DNA from: an uncultured Woeseia sp.
Lineage (GTDB): Bacteria; Pseudomonadota; Gammaproteobacteria; Steroidobacterales; UBA11654
Assembly (NCBI GenBank): GCA_964629335.1
Contig: CAZVRH010000006.1
Span: 1-48,033 of the forward strand
Reading direction: 5' to 3'
DNA: 48,033 bases
A program made the translations under genes and the position numbers. The notes beneath the pieces were generated by a model. It worked only from the letters and a program-made list of their open reading frames with translations. It did no database searches and was not told the DNA's origin. Shown here one piece after another: positions 1 to 12,681 of this stretch. How positions within the stretch are numbered: the stretch's first letter is position 1; every line of letters starts with the position of its first letter.

Positions 1-197
1 TCTGCTTACTTCCAGAGTTTATGATTTTGTACTTTAACGTACCATTTTACTTTGGTGGAACGTCACTACTTATTATTGTGGTTGTCACAATGGACTTTAT
101 GGCACAAATGCAAGCCTTAATGATGTCAAAGCAGTATGAAGGGCTTTTGAAAAAAGCTAATTTAAAAAGTTACGGCAAAAGCGGGCAAATAAGATAA
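1..197 (+). CDS. secY: Preprotein translocase SecY, 3' end (partial)
   Basis: Frame from nt 3 reads [32 protein letters not shown]...[12 protein letters not shown]...*, the SecY C-terminus; precedes rpmJ. Not in ORF track. Confidence 0.97.
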   Translation, partial: CLLPEFMILYFNVPFYFGGTSLLIIVVVTMDFMAQMQALMMSKQYEGLLKKANLKSYGKSGQIR

Positions 198-209
198 ATA
201 ATTGAAAAA

Positions 210-323
210 ATGAAAGTTAGAGCATCAGTTAAAAAAATTTGTAGGAATTGCAAAATCATTCGAAGGAAAGGTGTTGTTCGAGTAATTTGTAAAGATCCTA
301 GACATAAACAAAGGCAGGGCTAA
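210..323 (+). CDS. rpmJ: 50S ribosomal protein L36 (Zn-ribbon form)
   Basis: Manual translation [37 protein letters not shown]; not in ORF track. Confidence 0.98.
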   Translation: MKVRASVKKICRNCKIIRRKGVVRVICKDPRHKQRQG

Positions 324-324
324 T

Positions 325-681
325 ATGGCTAGAATAGCAGGAATTAATATACCCGATAACAAGCATGTAAGAGTTTCTCTGACATACATTTATGGTGTAG
401 GCAATTCACTATCAATAGCTCTTTGTAACAAATTAGGTATCTCTACAGATAAAAAGGTCATGGACCTTACTGAACAAGAGCTTGAAAGCTTGAGAACAGA
501 AATCAATAACTATGTTGTAGAGGGTGATTTAAGGAGAGAAGTTTCGACTAATATTAAAAGATTAATGGATTTAGGGTGTTACAGAGGTATAAGACATAGG
601 CGAGGATTACCTGTTAGAGGACAAAAAAGTAAGACTAATGCTAGGACAAGAAAAGGCCCAAAGAAGCCTATGAGAGCTTAG
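325..681 (+). CDS. rpsM: 30S ribosomal protein S13
   Basis: [10 protein letters not shown]...[17 protein letters not shown] signature; alpha-operon position. Confidence 0.99.
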   Translation: MARIAGINIPDNKHVRVSLTYIYGVGNSLSIALCNKLGISTDKKVMDLTEQELESLRTEINNYVVEGDLRREVSTNIKRLMDLGCYRGIRHRRGLPVRGQKSKTNARTRKGPKKPMRA

Positions 682-693
682 TAGGGATTTTTT

Positions 694-1074
694 ATGGCAG
701 TTAGTAAAAAGAAAAAGACGAAGAAGAATGTTATTGAGGGTGTAGCGCATATTCATGCGACATTTAATAACACGATAATAACAATTACTGATAGAGCAGG
801 AAATGCAATAGCATGGGCCACAGCAGGAGGCTCTGGATTCAGGGGCTCAAGAAAAAGCACGCCCTTTGCTGCTCAAGTTGCAGCTGAAAAGGCAGGCACA
901 AAAGCCCAAGAGTTCGGCCTAAAAGATATACTCGTAAAAGTTAAGGGACCGGGACCGGGTAGAGATTCTGCATTAAGAGCATTAAATGCGCTTGGGCTTA
1001 ATATTATTTCTATCGAAGATGTAACACCGCTCCCACATAATGGTTGCAGGCCACCAAAACAAAGGAGAGTTTAG
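694..1074 (+). CDS. rpsK: 30S ribosomal protein S11
   Basis: [32 protein letters not shown] motifs. Confidence 0.99.
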   Translation: MAVSKKKKTKKNVIEGVAHIHATFNNTIITITDRAGNAIAWATAGGSGFRGSRKSTPFAAQVAAEKAGTKAQEFGLKDILVKVKGPGPGRDSALRALNALGLNIISIEDVTPLPHNGCRPPKQRRV

Positions 1075-1085
1075 AGGTATTAATT

Positions 1086-1709
1086 ATGGCAAGGTATTTA
1101 GGACCCAAATGTAAATTATCTCGTAGGGAAGGAACAGACCTCTTTCTTAAAAGTGGTATAAAACCTATAGAGAACAAATGCAAATTAAATACAATTCCTG
1201 GCTCAATGGTGGGCTCAAGGAGAGAAAGATTATCGGATTACGGTATTCAGCTCAGAGAAAAGCAAAAATTAAGAAGAATGTATGGAGTTCTCGAAAAACA
1301 ATTCAGAAATTATTACAAGAAAGCATCTAAGAGAAAAGGATCAACAGGCGAGAATTTATTGAAATTATTAGAGACAAGGCTAGACAACATGGTCTATAGA
1401 ATGGGTTTTGCTGTTACGAGAGCTGAAGCAAGACAATTAGTTAATCATAAAGCAATTAAGGTTAATGGATCTGTAATTAATATTCCTTCATATGAGGTAT
1501 TGGCTAACGATGAAATTTCGGTTACAGAAAAGGCGCAACAACAATTAAGAGTAAAAAATGCTGTGAATATAGCTTCACAATTAGGAATTAGCGAGTGGCT
1601 TTCTGTAGATTTGAAAGAATTGAAGGGTACCGTCAGTTCTATTCCTGAAAGAGAAGATATACTTCCAGATATTAATGAAAATTTGGTAGTGGAATATTAT
1701 TCCAAATAA
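1086..1709 (+). CDS. rpsD: 30S ribosomal protein S4
   Basis: [23 protein letters not shown] motifs; start moved to ATG 1086 (GAGG upstream), avoiding overlap with rpsK. Confidence 0.98.
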   Translation: MARYLGPKCKLSRREGTDLFLKSGIKPIENKCKLNTIPGSMVGSRRERLSDYGIQLREKQKLRRMYGVLEKQFRNYYKKASKRKGSTGENLLKLLETRLDNMVYRMGFAVTRAEARQLVNHKAIKVNGSVINIPSYEVLANDEISVTEKAQQQLRVKNAVNIASQLGISEWLSVDLKELKGTVSSIPEREDILPDINENLVVEYYSK

Positions 1710-1727
1710 TTTAGGAGACTATTTAAA

Positions 1728-2789
1728 ATGTCAGATGATGAAAATAAAATTATTTTAGAAGAAACAATAGAAGAAGAGCAAGTTGTAGAAGAAGATGACA
1801 GAGAAGAAATTGTTATAGATCTTCTCAACCCATTAGTTATCAAGCTGGAGTCTCAGAATGAACTGCATTCTAAGGTTTCAATAGAGCCGTTTGAAAGAGG
1901 TTTTGGTTATACTTTGGGAAATGCATTAAGACGAGTCCTGCTTTCTAGCTTACCTGGCTATGCTATAACTGAAGCACAGATTGATGGTGTATTGCATGAG
2001 TACACAACGATAGAAGGTGTCCAAGAAGATGTAGTTGAAATTTTACTCAACTTAAAAGGTGTTGCAATTAATATGCCAGGAAAAGACACTGCAGATTATG
2101 TTTTAAGCAAGAAGGGACCCTGCACAGTAACTGCAGGTGACATTCAAGTCGATGGAGATACAGAAATCGTTAATCCAGATCATCATATTGCAACCATAAG
2201 TGCAAAAAAAGAACTAAAAATGCATTTGAAAGTAGAGCAGGGTACTGGTTATAGGCCTGTAGCTGTTCAAAGCAAAGAAGCAGATGTGACAATTGGTCTT
2301 TTGAAGCTTGATGCCTCTTTTAGCCCTATTAGGACCGTTACCTATAGCGTTGAGGCAGCTAGGGTAGAAAATAGAACAGACCTAGACAAACTCATTGTTG
2401 ATCTAGAAACAGATGGGACAATTGATCCTGAAAGAGCAATCAAATATGCAGGAGCGATACTTCAGAATCAATTAAGCATATTTACTAATTTAACTAGAGT
2501 TCAAGAACAACAAAAAGAAGAAGAAGAGGTGTTAATCGATCCTATTATGCTTAGACCTGTGGATGAATTAGAGCTTACTGTTCGCTCAGCAAATTGCCTT
2601 AAAGCTGAAAATGCCAATTATATTGGTGACTTAGTGCAAAAGACGGAAAATGAACTTTTAAGAACTCCAAATCTTGGGAAAAAATCATTGAATGAGATTA
2701 AAGAAATTTTATCTAGCCATGGTTTATCGCTTGGAATGGAGCTAGATAATTGGCCTCCAAAAGAAATAGCTGTTGATGATTTAAGCTAA
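1728..2789 (+). CDS. rpoA: RNA polymerase subunit alpha, with acidic N-terminal extension
   Basis: [53 protein letters not shown]; AGGAG upstream. Confidence 0.99.
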   Translation: MSDDENKIILEETIEEEQVVEEDDREEIVIDLLNPLVIKLESQNELHSKVSIEPFERGFGYTLGNALRRVLLSSLPGYAITEAQIDGVLHEYTTIEGVQEDVVEILLNLKGVAINMPGKDTADYVLSKKGPCTVTAGDIQVDGDTEIVNPDHHIATISAKKELKMHLKVEQGTGYRPVAVQSKEADVTIGLLKLDASFSPIRTVTYSVEAARVENRTDLDKLIVDLETDGTIDPERAIKYAGAILQNQLSIFTNLTRVQEQQKEEEEVLIDPIMLRPVDELELTVRSANCLKAENANYIGDLVQKTENELLRTPNLGKKSLNEIKEILSSHGLSLGMELDNWPPKEIAVDDLS

Positions 2790-2821
2790 CAAGGTTTATA
2801 TTGTTAATTAAGGACTAAAAA

Positions 2822-3211
2822 ATGCGACATAGGAAAACAGGAAGGCGTTTAGGAAGAACCGGCAGTCATAGGAGATCTATGTATCGCAATATGGCTTCAT
2901 CTTTAATAGAGCATGAATCAATATCAACTACATTACCTAAAGCAAAGGAGCTTAGAAAGACACTTGAGCCATTAATTACTCTTGCTAAAGAGGACGGTGT
3001 TTCAAGAAGACGAAGAGCTTTCAATTTATTGAGAAATAAGCAAGCAGTAGGAAAGTTATTCAATGAAATAGGTCCAAGGCTTAAAGACAGACCTGGAGGT
3101 TATTTAAGAATACTAAAAAAAGGTCTCAGAAATGGGGACACAGCACCCATGGCAATAGTTCAGCTTGTTGACTACCAAATTGAAACAGATTCAAGTGAGC
3201 TTTCCGAGTAG
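2822..3211 (+). CDS. rplQ: 50S ribosomal protein L17
   Basis: [24 protein letters not shown] motifs. Confidence 0.99.
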   Translation: MRHRKTGRRLGRTGSHRRSMYRNMASSLIEHESISTTLPKAKELRKTLEPLITLAKEDGVSRRRRAFNLLRNKQAVGKLFNEIGPRLKDRPGGYLRILKKGLRNGDTAPMAIVQLVDYQIETDSSELSE

Positions 3212-3219
3212 TTCATATT

Positions 3220-4221
3220 TTGCATAAGAAGACGATATTAACAGGCATCACTACAACGGGGACCCCTCATCTTGGCAATTATGCTGGAGCGATAAGGCAG
3301 GCCATAAGATCAAGTAAAAAAGATGATTGTGGCTCTTTTCTTTTTTTAGCTGATTACCACTCATTAATTAAAAATAAGAATCCTAAAGAAATAAAACAAT
3401 CCTGTCTCGAGGTTGCAGCAACTTGGATTGCCTTAGGTCTTGATACCAGCAAAACCATTTTCTATAGACAATCTGATATTCCTGAGATCCTTGAATTAAA
3501 TTGGATTTTGAGTACTTTTACAGCCAAGGGACTGATGAATAGAGCTCATGCTTATAAATCAGCAGTTAGTCAGAACGAAGGTAATTCAGATCATGACAAG
3601 GGCATTACTATGGGTTTATATTCTTATCCTATATTGATGGCAGCTGATATATTAATGTTTAAGGCATCCTATGTGCCAGTAGGACAAGATCAGGTTCAAC
3701 ACCTTGAAATGACTAGAGATATAGCACAAAGATTTAATCATAAATATGGAGAGATTTTTGTAATACCTGAAGCTATCTTAGAGAAGAATGCAACAATTCT
3801 TCCAGGTTTAGACGGTAGAAAAATGAGTAAAAGCTATAATAATTTTATTCCTCTTTTTTCTTCATCAGATGAACTAAGGCGGAAAGTTATGAAAATTAAG
3901 ACGAATTCTTTAGAGCCAGGCGTTCCTAAACCAACAGAGTGCAGCTTATATGATATATACAAGGCTTTTGCTAGTGTTGATGAATCAACGGCTTTTAGGA
4001 AAAAGTTAGAAGAAGGAATTAGCTGGGGTGACGCTAAAGAGGATTTGTTCCAGTTACTAGATAGCCATTTATCAGCCCCTAGGAAAGAATACCAAAAACT
4101 CATTAAGGACCCTGAAAACTTAAATCAAGAACTACTTGTAGGCGCTAAAAGAGCAAGAGAATGGTCAGTGCCTTATATGTCCGAAATTAGGGGTGTTCTA
4201 GGAATAGGCTCACTCGTTTAA
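3220..4221 (+). CDS. trpS: Tryptophan--tRNA ligase
   Basis: HLGN and KMSKS motifs, [20 protein letters not shown]; TTG start. Confidence 0.96.
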   Translation: MHKKTILTGITTTGTPHLGNYAGAIRQAIRSSKKDDCGSFLFLADYHSLIKNKNPKEIKQSCLEVAATWIALGLDTSKTIFYRQSDIPEILELNWILSTFTAKGLMNRAHAYKSAVSQNEGNSDHDKGITMGLYSYPILMAADILMFKASYVPVGQDQVQHLEMTRDIAQRFNHKYGEIFVIPEAILEKNATILPGLDGRKMSKSYNNFIPLFSSSDELRRKVMKIKTNSLEPGVPKPTECSLYDIYKAFASVDESTAFRKKLEEGISWGDAKEDLFQLLDSHLSAPRKEYQKLIKDPENLNQELLVGAKRAREWSVPYMSEIRGVLGIGSLV

Positions 4222-7032
4222 AACTTTTTTTAGATATCTTCCTGTAAAAGAAGATTTAGATTTAGCCACTTCTTCAGGTGCTCCTTCAGCAATTATTTTT
4301 CCTCCTTTATCTCCCCCTTCCGGTCCAAGATCTATAATCCAATCTGCAGTTTTAATAACATCTAAGTTGTGTTCGATGATTATTATTGTATTTCCTTCAT
4401 CTCTGAGCCTCAGCAAGACTTTTATTAATTGATTAACATCATGAAAATGGAGACCAGTTGTCGGCTCATCAAGTAGATATAAAGTGTTTTGATTTGTTCT
4501 CTTTGATAGTTCTTTAGATAATTTAATTCTCTGAGCTTCTCCACCAGAAAGAGTTACTGCATTTTGACCTAACTTTATATACCCAAGCCCTACATCAATC
4601 AGTGTTTCTAATTTATTTTTTAAAACCGGTATATTTTTGAAAAACGAGCAGGCCTCGTCTACTGACATTTCAAGGACTTCATATATATTTCTATCCTTAT
4701 AGAGAATTTCCAATGTTTCTCTATTAAATCGTTTACCTTTACAGACATCACAGGTGACATAAATATCAGCAAGGAAATTCATTTCAACTTTAATTAAACC
4801 ACCACCATGGCATGTTTCGCATCGACCTCCTTTAACATTGAAGCTGAATCTACCTGGTTTATAACCTCTCGATCTAGCTTCTTGAGTTGATGAAAATAGT
4901 TCTCTTACTGTTGTGAATAAACCTGTGTAGGTAGCTGGATTAGAGCGAGGGGTTCTTCCTATTGGGCTTTGACTGATATTGATAATTCTCTTAATATCTT
5001 CATAGTTTGTTATTGTAGTTTCTTCTATTTGATCAGAAATTTTATGTTCCAATTTTGCTCTAAGTAAAGGCTTAAGAGTGCCATTAATCAAGGTTGATTT
5101 ACCTGATCCTGAAACTCCAGTGATACAAGTCAACAGATTAAGAGGGATTTCAACATCCAACGATTTCAAATTATTTTTGCTTGCGTTCTCAATACAAATT
5201 AATTTTGATTTATTTACTGGGGTCCTTTTCTTTGGAATCGGAATTTTTTTTGCACCAGTTAAATATTTTGCAGTTAATGAGGTTTGATTTTTTAGTATCT
5301 TATCTAAGCTGCCTTGACAGACAATTTCTCCGCCTTCACCGCCAGCTCCTGGCCCAAGATCTACAATATGATTTGCTGATCTAATCAACTCTTCATCATG
5401 CTCCACTACAATCACACTATTACCAAGATCTCTTAATTTTGTGAGCGTTTTAATCAGCCTTATATTATCTCTTTGATGCAGGCCAATAGTGGGTTCATCT
5501 AAAACATACATAACTCCCACAAGGCCAGAACCAATTTGGCTTGCAAGTCTAATGCGTTGTGACTCCCCTCCTGAAAGAGTTTCAGCGCTTCTTTCAAGAT
5601 TTAGATAGTTTAATCCTACATTTGATAGGAACTCTAAACGGTCAGCAATCTCTTTGATCACACTCTTTGCGATTTCACCTCGGTTTCCTTTTAGTTTCAA
5701 TTGTTTGAAAAAAGAGAAAATTTCATCAATATTCAGTTGTGTAAGATCAGAAATATTCGAACGATTCACAAAGACATTTCTTGCTGTTTCATTTAATCTT
5801 GATCCTTCACATAATGCGCAAGGTTTTGTGCTCATGAATTTAGACAATGCATCCTTAACTCTTTGTGATTCAGTTTCTTTGTATCGTCTTTTTAAATTAG
5901 GTATCACACCTTCAAAAGGGTGCTTTCTAGAAATTCTTTTACCTCCTCTACCAGGGTAATAAAATTGAATTTTTTCATTGCCGCTTCCATTTAGAAGAAG
6001 ACTTTTGATTTCTTTTTTATAGGATACATAGGGCATTTCAATGTCAAAGTTATAGTGCCTTGATAAACTTCTTATAAGATGAAAATAATAAAAATTTCTT
6101 TTATCCCAACCTCTTATGGCACCTTCTGCAATACTTAATTTTTCATTTTTTATTACTAAATCTGGACTGAAGTAATGCTCAACACCGAGTCCATCACATT
6201 TGGAGCAAGCACCAGCAGGATTATTGAATGAGAAAGTTCTTGGCTCAAGTTCAGGAATAGAGTAACCACATTCAGGACATGCAAACCGGTCAGAAAAAAG
6301 ATAATTTATTTTGGTATCCCCAATAGAAACCACTTTTGCTATTCCATTGGATAAATTAAGCGCCGTTTCAAACGATTCCGAAAGTCTTGATTCAACTTGT
6401 GGCTTAACTGTAAATCTGTCGACTACGACTTCAATGGTGTTATTCTTTTTAGCATCAATAATTGGTATGTCTTCAATATCGAAAATTAATCCATTAATCC
6501 TAAGACGAACAAAACCTCTAGATCTAATATTTTTAATTAATTCTACATGTTCACCTTTACGGTCGTTGACTAAAGGAGATAACAACAATAATTTCTCTCC
6601 CTCCTTGAGTAACATGATTTTATCAACCATTTCACTGATGTTTTGGATGCCTAATGTTCTTTTATGAACAGGGCATTTGGGAATGCCAACTCTCGCAAAA
6701 AGTAATCTCAGGTAATCGTATATTTCTGTGACTGTACCAACAGTGGATCTTGGATTATGAGATGTTGTTTTTTGCTCTATAGAAATAGCAGGAGATAATC
6801 CCTCAATGAGGTCTACATCAGGTTTCTCCATCATAGATAGAAATTGTCTTGCGTAGGCTGATAATGATTCGACATAACGTCTTTGCCCTTCAGCATAGAT
6901 AGTGTCAAAAGCTAAAGATGATTTCCCAGAACCGGAAAGACCTGTCAACACTATCAGTTGATCTCTAGGAAGATCAAGATCGATGTTTTTTAAATTGTGT
7001 GTTCTTGCACCTTTTATTTTTATTTGATCCAT
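4210..7032 (-). CDS. uvrA: Excinuclease ABC subunit A
   Basis: GARTHNLKN, two Walker A motifs ([18 protein letters not shown]), LSGGE twice, Zn-finger Cys pairs. Confidence 0.99.
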   Translation of the reverse strand: MDQIKIKGARTHNLKNIDLDLPRDQLIVLTGLSGSGKSSLAFDTIYAEGQRRYVESLSAYARQFLSMMEKPDVDLIEGLSPAISIEQKTTSHNPRSTVGTVTEIYDYLRLLFARVGIPKCPVHKRTLGIQNISEMVDKIMLLKEGEKLLLLSPLVNDRKGEHVELIKNIRSRGFVRLRINGLIFDIEDIPIIDAKKNNTIEVVVDRFTVKPQVESRLSESFETALNLSNGIAKVVSIGDTKINYLFSDRFACPECGYSIPELEPRTFSFNNPAGACSKCDGLGVEHYFSPDLVIKNEKLSIAEGAIRGWDKRNFYYFHLIRSLSRHYNFDIEMPYVSYKKEIKSLLLNGSGNEKIQFYYPGRGGKRISRKHPFEGVIPNLKRRYKETESQRVKDALSKFMSTKPCALCEGSRLNETARNVFVNRSNISDLTQLNIDEIFSFFKQLKLKGNRGEIAKSVIKEIADRLEFLSNVGLNYLNLERSAETLSGGESQRIRLASQIGSGLVGVMYVLDEPTIGLHQRDNIRLIKTLTKLRDLGNSVIVVEHDEELIRSANHIVDLGPGAGGEGGEIVCQGSLDKILKNQTSLTAKYLTGAKKIPIPKKRTPVNKSKLICIENASKNNLKSLDVEIPLNLLTCITGVSGSGKSTLINGTLKPLLRAKLEHKISDQIEETTITNYEDIKRIINISQSPIGRTPRSNPATYTGLFTTVRELFSSTQEARSRGYKPGRFSFNVKGGRCETCHGGGLIKVEMNFLADIYVTCDVCKGKRFNRETLEILYKDRNIYEVLEMSVDEACSFFKNIPVLKNKLETLIDVGLGYIKLGQNAVTLSGGEAQRIKLSKELSKRTNQNTLYLLDEPTTGLHFHDVNQLIKVLLRLRDEGNTIIIIEHNLDVIKTADWIIDLGPEGGDKGGKIIAEGAPEEVAKSKSSFTGRYLKKVLNE

Positions 7033-7101
7033 AACAAAAAGAATTTTCCAAACATTCCATTGTAAATCTTTTTTTGATTAAGAGCTAAAACCAATGCTTT
7101 T

Positions 7102-7110
7102 TGATACAAT
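7102..7110 (+). promoter_or_regulatory. Putative extended -10 promoter element for ssb
   Basis: TGaTACAAT at 7102-7110; a second TACAAT on the minus strand at 7059-7064 could serve uvrA. Confidence 0.45.
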
Positions 7111-7157
7111 TAATTTCTGTTTAAATTTACATTTCGTTTGAGAAAAAAAGGAAAATT

Positions 7158-7592
7158 ATGGCTAGAGGTATCAACAAAGTAATCATAGTTGGCAATTTAG
7201 GAGCAGACCCTGACAGTAGAGCTATGCCGAATGGTAATTCGGTCACCAACATCAGTGTTGCGACATCAGAATCTTGGAATGACAGGACAACAGGGGAGAA
7301 ACAGGAAAAAACAGAATGGCATAGAGTGGTCTTTTTTAATCGATTGGCTGAAATAGCAGCTCAGTATCTAAAAAAAGGTTCACAAGTCTATGTCGAAGGC
7401 AAACTTCAAACGAGGAAATGGGAAGATAAAGAAGGCAATGAGCGATGGACAACTGAAGTTGTTGCTAACCAAATGCAGATGCTGGGTGAAAGGATGAATC
7501 AGGATATGTCTAATGAAAATCCATCAAGTTCCCAATCTGCCACTGATAATAATTTTGTATCCGATGAATTCGACGACGATATACCTTTCTAA
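7158..7592 (+). CDS. ssb: Single-stranded DNA-binding protein
   Basis: [22 protein letters not shown]-terminal DDDIPF; divergent from uvrA. Confidence 0.99.
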   Translation: MARGINKVIIVGNLGADPDSRAMPNGNSVTNISVATSESWNDRTTGEKQEKTEWHRVVFFNRLAEIAAQYLKKGSQVYVEGKLQTRKWEDKEGNERWTTEVVANQMQMLGERMNQDMSNENPSSSQSATDNNFVSDEFDDDIPF

Positions 7593-7620
7593 TAGAACCC
7601 TATATAAACTCTAAAATCAC

Positions 7621-8943
7621 GTGTCTAAAAAGATCTTTATTAAATCTTTTGGTTGTCAGATGAATGAATACGATTCATCAAAGATGTTAGATTTGATGAG
7701 AGAAAAAAGAAACATGGTGAATACTGAAGATGTCTTCAAGGCCGATCTTATTTTACTCAATACTTGCTCAATTAGAGAAAAACCACAAGAGAAAGTCTTT
7801 TCCCAACTAGGGCGATGGAAGGACTATAAAAAAAATAACCCGAATGTCGTTATCGGTGTAGGAGGTTGTGTTGCCACTCAAGAAGGAGCAAATATTTTAA
7901 ATAGAGCGCCGTATGTTGATATTGTTTTTGGGCCACAAACTCTCCATCGTCTGCCAGAAATGTATGATTCAGTTATTCATTCTAGGAAATCTTTAGTTGA
8001 TGTCAGTTTTCCGAAAGCAGAGAAATTCTCACTTCTTCCAAAGACGCTAGATATTAAGCCCTCTGCTTTTGTCTCTATAATGGAAGGGTGCAGCAAGTTT
8101 TGCAGCTTTTGTGTCGTCCCTTATACACGCGGTCTTGAAATTAGTCGCGATCCAGAAGGAATTTTAGATGAAATCAAAGATCTTGCAGATCGAGGCACGA
8201 AAGAGATTAACTTATTAGGTCAGAATGTTAACGCCTATCGAGCTAAAGATAGGAATGGTAAAAAACTGAAATTAGCTGATTTAATTGATCGTGTTAGCTT
8301 AATAGACGGAGTTCAAAGAATTCGTTTCACTACCTCGCATCCCCTTCAGTTTACGGACGATTTGATAAATGCTTTTGAGAATCCAAAATTAGCTAATTAT
8401 TTACATCTTCCTGTGCAAAGTGGATCGAATAAGATACTTCAACTCATGGAAAGGAAGCATAAGGTTGAGCTGTATATTGATCGAATAAATAAATTAAGAT
8501 CATTAAGACCGGATATTAGTGTCGCTTCGGACTTTATTGTGGGCTTTCCTGGCGAAACAGATTCAGATTTTAGGCAAACTCTAGACTTAATTGATACTAT
8601 CGGCTTTGACCAGTCATTTAGTTTTATTTTTAGTCCTAGGCCGAATACACCAGCATCTGAAATGAAAGACACAACAGATTATAGAATAAAGCTAGAGCGC
8701 TTAGATCGATTGCAATCTAGGATTAATAAGAATTCGCAAATCATTAGCGAAGCCATGGTGGGGTCAGACCAAATGATATTAGTCGAAAAAAATTCAAAAA
8801 GAAAAAATAACCAACTATCAGGAAGAACAGAAAATAATCGTTGGGTCAATTTTGATGGGTATGAAAACCTAATAGGTCAAATGGTTCAGCTTAGAATTAC
8901 GGAGGCATTACCTAATTCACTCCGTGGAAGGATTATCAACTAA
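7621..8943 (+). CDS. miaB: tRNA methylthiotransferase MiaB
   Basis: [17 protein letters not shown], radical [12 protein letters not shown]-terminal TRAM region. Confidence 0.97.
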   Translation: MSKKIFIKSFGCQMNEYDSSKMLDLMREKRNMVNTEDVFKADLILLNTCSIREKPQEKVFSQLGRWKDYKKNNPNVVIGVGGCVATQEGANILNRAPYVDIVFGPQTLHRLPEMYDSVIHSRKSLVDVSFPKAEKFSLLPKTLDIKPSAFVSIMEGCSKFCSFCVVPYTRGLEISRDPEGILDEIKDLADRGTKEINLLGQNVNAYRAKDRNGKKLKLADLIDRVSLIDGVQRIRFTTSHPLQFTDDLINAFENPKLANYLHLPVQSGSNKILQLMERKHKVELYIDRINKLRSLRPDISVASDFIVGFPGETDSDFRQTLDLIDTIGFDQSFSFIFSPRPNTPASEMKDTTDYRIKLERLDRLQSRINKNSQIISEAMVGSDQMILVEKNSKRKNNQLSGRTENNRWVNFDGYENLIGQMVQLRITEALPNSLRGRIIN

Positions 8944-8951
8944 GGCAAAAC

Positions 8952-9914
8952 TTGAGCACCACAAAAGAATTTAAAATTGAATCTTTAGAGAACTCTACTC
9001 TAGTAAACTTACTGGGTATATTTGATACGCATATTCGGTCAATTGAAATAGAGCTTGATATTAACATAAAAACTAGAGGTAATATTTTTGTTCTCCGTGG
9101 AGAGGAGTCAAAAATTATTGCTGGTGAGAAGATTATTAAAGATTTATGTTCCGTTGCAAAGAATGAAGACTTAGATCAAGAAAAAGTTCATTTAATTATT
9201 AAGAAATATCTCAATAAAAGTAACAATCAATCTAACGGATCAATAGTAACTGAAACTATAATAAACACGCCCAATAAGGAGATAAAAACTCGCACGGAAA
9301 ATCAATTTAAGTACATAGAGTCAATCAGAAGCAATGATTTATCATTTGGTATTGGTCCAGCTGGTACAGGAAAGACCTACTTGGCTGTTGCTGCAGCAAT
9401 AGAGTCACTGCAACGTGAAGAAGTAAAAAGAATAGTTCTTGTTAGGCCTGCTGTTGAGGCTGGAGAAAATTTAGGCTTTCTGCCAGGAGACTTATCACAA
9501 AAAGTAGATCCTTATCTAAGACCTATGTATGACGCTCTGTATGAGATGCTTGGTTTTGATCAGGTGAACAGCTTAATAGAAAGACGTGCAATAGAATTGG
9601 CACCACTAGCATTCATGAGGGGCAGGTCTCTTAATGAAAGCTTCATTATTTTGGATGAAGCACAAAATACCACTACTGAACAAATGAAAATGTTTTTAAC
9701 AAGAATGGGCTTTGGATCAAAATCTGTTGTGAATGGTGATGTGACTCAAATCGACCTACCTCCTGAAAAGGAATCTGGGCTTAAGCATGCCCTAGATGTC
9801 TTATCTGGAATAGAGAATATATCCATAATTAATTTTGATCATCAAGATATTGTTCGTCATCGTATTGTGCAGAAGATTGTGGAGGCTTACGAAAAATTTA
9901 AAAGCTCAAGATGA
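8952..9914 (+). CDS. ybeZ: PhoH-family ATPase
   Basis: GPAGTGKT, RPAVEAGE.LGFLPG, LDEAQN; miaB-ybeZ-ybeY synteny. Confidence 0.95.
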   Translation: MSTTKEFKIESLENSTLVNLLGIFDTHIRSIEIELDINIKTRGNIFVLRGEESKIIAGEKIIKDLCSVAKNEDLDQEKVHLIIKKYLNKSNNQSNGSIVTETIINTPNKEIKTRTENQFKYIESIRSNDLSFGIGPAGTGKTYLAVAAAIESLQREEVKRIVLVRPAVEAGENLGFLPGDLSQKVDPYLRPMYDALYEMLGFDQVNSLIERRAIELAPLAFMRGRSLNESFIILDEAQNTTTEQMKMFLTRMGFGSKSVVNGDVTQIDLPPEKESGLKHALDVLSGIENISIINFDHQDIVRHRIVQKIVEAYEKFKSSR

Positions 9915-10399
9915 TTGAAAACAATAACTCTTTTGTTATAGATATCCAAACGTCTGGCGATCTTGTGTTCCCTAGCTCAATTGAATTAATCAACAGAGCT
10001 ATTGCGATTACCTATGAAATATCAGATAAAAGCTATAACTATTGCATAGGAATGACAATCAGGTTGGTAGATTTTGATGAAGGTTTAAGTATTAATAAGA
10101 AGTTTAAGAAGAAGAATAAACCAACAAATGTCTTAGCTTTTTTAGGCGAACTAGAAAAGGAGAAAGCTCTAGGAGTTTCGCCTCCATTTATAGGTGATAT
10201 TATCGTTTGTCAGACAGTCGTTGAGGAAGAGGCTAAATCCTTAGATATAGAGGTGTCTTCTCACTTTATTCATATGGTAGTGCATGGATTTCTTCATTTG
10301 TTAGGTTATGATCATTTAAATGATGAGCAGGAGAATAAAATGAAGTCCATAGAGAATAAAGTTTTGGCTGAATTGGGAATAAAAAAAGAGCCAAGTTAA
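9911..10399 (+). CDS. ybeY: rRNA maturation RNase YbeY
   Basis: PTNVLAF, GDI, HGFLHLLGYDH metal motif. Confidence 0.96.
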   Translation: MIENNNSFVIDIQTSGDLVFPSSIELINRAIAITYEISDKSYNYCIGMTIRLVDFDEGLSINKKFKKKNKPTNVLAFLGELEKEKALGVSPPFIGDIIVCQTVVEEEAKSLDIEVSSHFIHMVVHGFLHLLGYDHLNDEQENKMKSIENKVLAELGIKKEPS

Positions 10400-10403
10400 A
10401 GTT

Positions 10404-11198
10404 ATGAATTTCTTAAAAAAATATTTAAAATCAAAGAAACAAGATATCGAAAGTTTCTATTCAGTGATCAATCAGGACGACTGGAAAGATTTTATCGGTA
10501 AGGATGAGGTCAAAATGATCAAAGGAGTGATAGAGGTCTCTGAACTCCAAGTTAAAGATATAATGATACCTCGATCAAACATGACCCTTTTAGAGTCCTC
10601 TCATAATATTGATCAGCTTCTCAAAATTATTATAGATTCTGGTCATTCAAGATTTCCTGTTATTGCTGATAACCAGGATGAGGTAATAGGGATACTTCTG
10701 GCTAAAGACTTATTAAAATTTTCAAAAGAGGGAGAAGAAAACTTTGATATGAATAGTTTCCTTAGGTCACCAACATTTATTCCAGAAAGTAAGAGATTAA
10801 AAACACTTTTAAAGGATTTTAGAAAAAGTAGAAATCATATCGCAATCGTTGTTGATGAGTATGGGAGAACTGCAGGTCTATTAACTATTGAAGATGTTTT
10901 GGAACAAATCGTTGGAGATATTGAGGATGAATACGATATTGAGGATGTTCCTATGATTAAAAAGATAAGTAAAAATAAATATATTGTTGATGCTCTGATC
11001 AGAATTGAAGATTTTAATGAATTTTTTGAAACAGATTATCTTGATGAAGACTATGACACATTAGGGGGGTTACTAATTAAGATAATTGGTAGATTGCCAA
11101 ACAAAAATGAAATTATCGATTTGAAGTCTATAAAATGCAAAATCACAGAATCAAATACAAGACGCATAGATACTATAGAAGTAACGAAAATTGATTAA
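10404..11198 (+). CDS. corC: CBS-domain Mg/Co efflux protein CorC (YbeX)
   Basis: SGHSRFPV, VVDEYG..AGL.TIEDVLEQIVGDIEDE; synteny. Confidence 0.93.
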   Translation: MNFLKKYLKSKKQDIESFYSVINQDDWKDFIGKDEVKMIKGVIEVSELQVKDIMIPRSNMTLLESSHNIDQLLKIIIDSGHSRFPVIADNQDEVIGILLAKDLLKFSKEGEENFDMNSFLRSPTFIPESKRLKTLLKDFRKSRNHIAIVVDEYGRTAGLLTIEDVLEQIVGDIEDEYDIEDVPMIKKISKNKYIVDALIRIEDFNEFFETDYLDEDYDTLGGLLIKIIGRLPNKNEIIDLKSIKCKITESNTRRIDTIEVTKID

Positions 11199-12681
11199 AA
11201 AGATTATAGGCTCTGGCTTAACTGCTTTATTTTTCTTATTAGGTTTTGAGCCATTTGGCATTAGTTTTTTCCCGATTCTATGTCTAATGTTTCTTTTTTA
11301 TTACGCGAAGGAAAATACACCAAAAGAAACCGCAGGTTTCTTTTACCTTTTTGGTGTCTTTGTGTTTGCCGGCGGCTTATATTGGCTCTATATTAGTATT
11401 CATAGCGTTAGCGGGGCCCCGCCGTGGCTAGCAATTACATTGATATGCTTATTATCACTAGTCATGGCTATTTATTACCTGATAACAGGCTATTTTATCA
11501 GCTTAGCTTTTAGGAAATTTAAGTTCGATGTTTTAGTGCTTACTTTTATTTCACCCTCTATTTGGGCTTTATTAGAATTATTAAGAGCTTATGCTATTAC
11601 AGGATTTCCATGGTTTACCTTAGGGTACAGTCAGGTAACTAATTTCTTAGTTGCTTGGGCACCGATTGGCGGTGTTTTTATGGTTTCCTTTTTCTCAGCC
11701 TTGATCGCTGGTTTCTTATTACTGATAGTTATGAAGAAAAAGCCTTACCTAGCCATAAGCTGTTTACTTGTCATTTGTTTTGCTTCATTGTATCTACGTT
11801 CAATTGAATGGACGGAACCGATGGGTGATGAACACAGTGTTGCTCTAGTTCAAGGCGGCATTGCTCAAGACAAGAAGTGGTTAAGCAGTGAATTTGTAAA
11901 AACGCTCGAACTTTATCGTAATACATTATCATCAATGAAGAATACTGATCTTGTTATTTGGCCAGAGGTTTCAATTCCAGCTTTTGCATCTAATGTTCAA
12001 CCCTATCTTGGGGAATTAGAGACTATACTTGAGGAGGAAAATATAGGTCTTTTGTTATTGGGTATCAATACTAGAGGCAAGAATGGAGAAATATACAATT
12101 CTGTGATCTCTCTAGGTAATGATGAAGTGATATATAACAAAAGACATCTAGTACCTTTTGGTGAATATTTTCCGGTGCCTAACTCAATAAGGACATGGTT
12201 GAAAGAAATGAGATTACCCAGTAATGATATTTCAAAAGGTGCTAAAACTCAGAGAATGCCAAGAATAAATCAAATGTATCTATCCATATCAATATGTTAC
12301 GAAGATATTTTTGGGTCAGAAGTCATAGATTATCAACCTGCTGCTAATGTTTTAGTTAATGCAACAAATAATGCATGGTTTGGAAGATCCATCGCTTCTG
12401 CCCAACATTTTCAGATGTCTAGAATGAGAGCAATAGAGACCGGTAGATATCTTCTGAGATCTACTAATACAGGCATTACGGCTATCGTTAAACCGAACGG
12501 TGAAGTGCAACAACAGCTAAATCCTTATGAATATTCCATTTTAAGAGGTGTTTTTATACCAATGGGTGGCTCCACGCCTTATTCAAATTTCGGGGACCAA
12601 TTGTGTTTAATATTAGTCATAATGATTATGACATCGGGGGTTTTTATAGGTATCCTTCGATTAAAAAATAAAAATGACTGA
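11191..12681 (+). CDS. lnt: Apolipoprotein N-acyltransferase
   Basis: Multi-TM N-terminus, GFPW, WPE / [10 protein letters not shown] / ICYE nitrilase-fold triad. Confidence 0.96.
   Translation: MIKKIIGSGLTALFFLLGFEPFGISFFPILCLMFLFYYAKENTPKETAGFFYLFGVFVFAGGLYWLYISIHSVSGAPPWLAITLICLLSLVMAIYYLITGYFISLAFRKFKFDVLVLTFISPSIWALLELLRAYAITGFPWFTLGYSQVTNFLVAWAPIGGVFMVSFFSALIAGFLLLIVMKKKPYLAISCLLVICFASLYLRSIEWTEPMGDEHSVALVQGGIAQDKKWLSSEFVKTLELYRNTLSSMKNTDLVIWPEVSIPAFASNVQPYLGELETILEEENIGLLLLGINTRGKNGEIYNSVISLGNDEVIYNKRHLVPFGEYFPVPNSIRTWLKEMRLPSNDISKGAKTQRMPRINQMYLSISICYEDIFGSEVIDYQPAANVLVNATNNAWFGRSIASAQHFQMSRMRAIETGRYLLRSTNTGITAIVKPNGEVQQQLNPYEYSILRGVFIPMGGSTPYSNFGDQLCLILVIMIMTSGVFIGILRLKNKND

Noticed and set aside
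1044-1085. Apparent N-terminal extension of S4 (similar cases for L13 and PepP)
   Set aside because: Longest-ORF artefact; a canonical downstream ATG exists, unlike the RpoA case.
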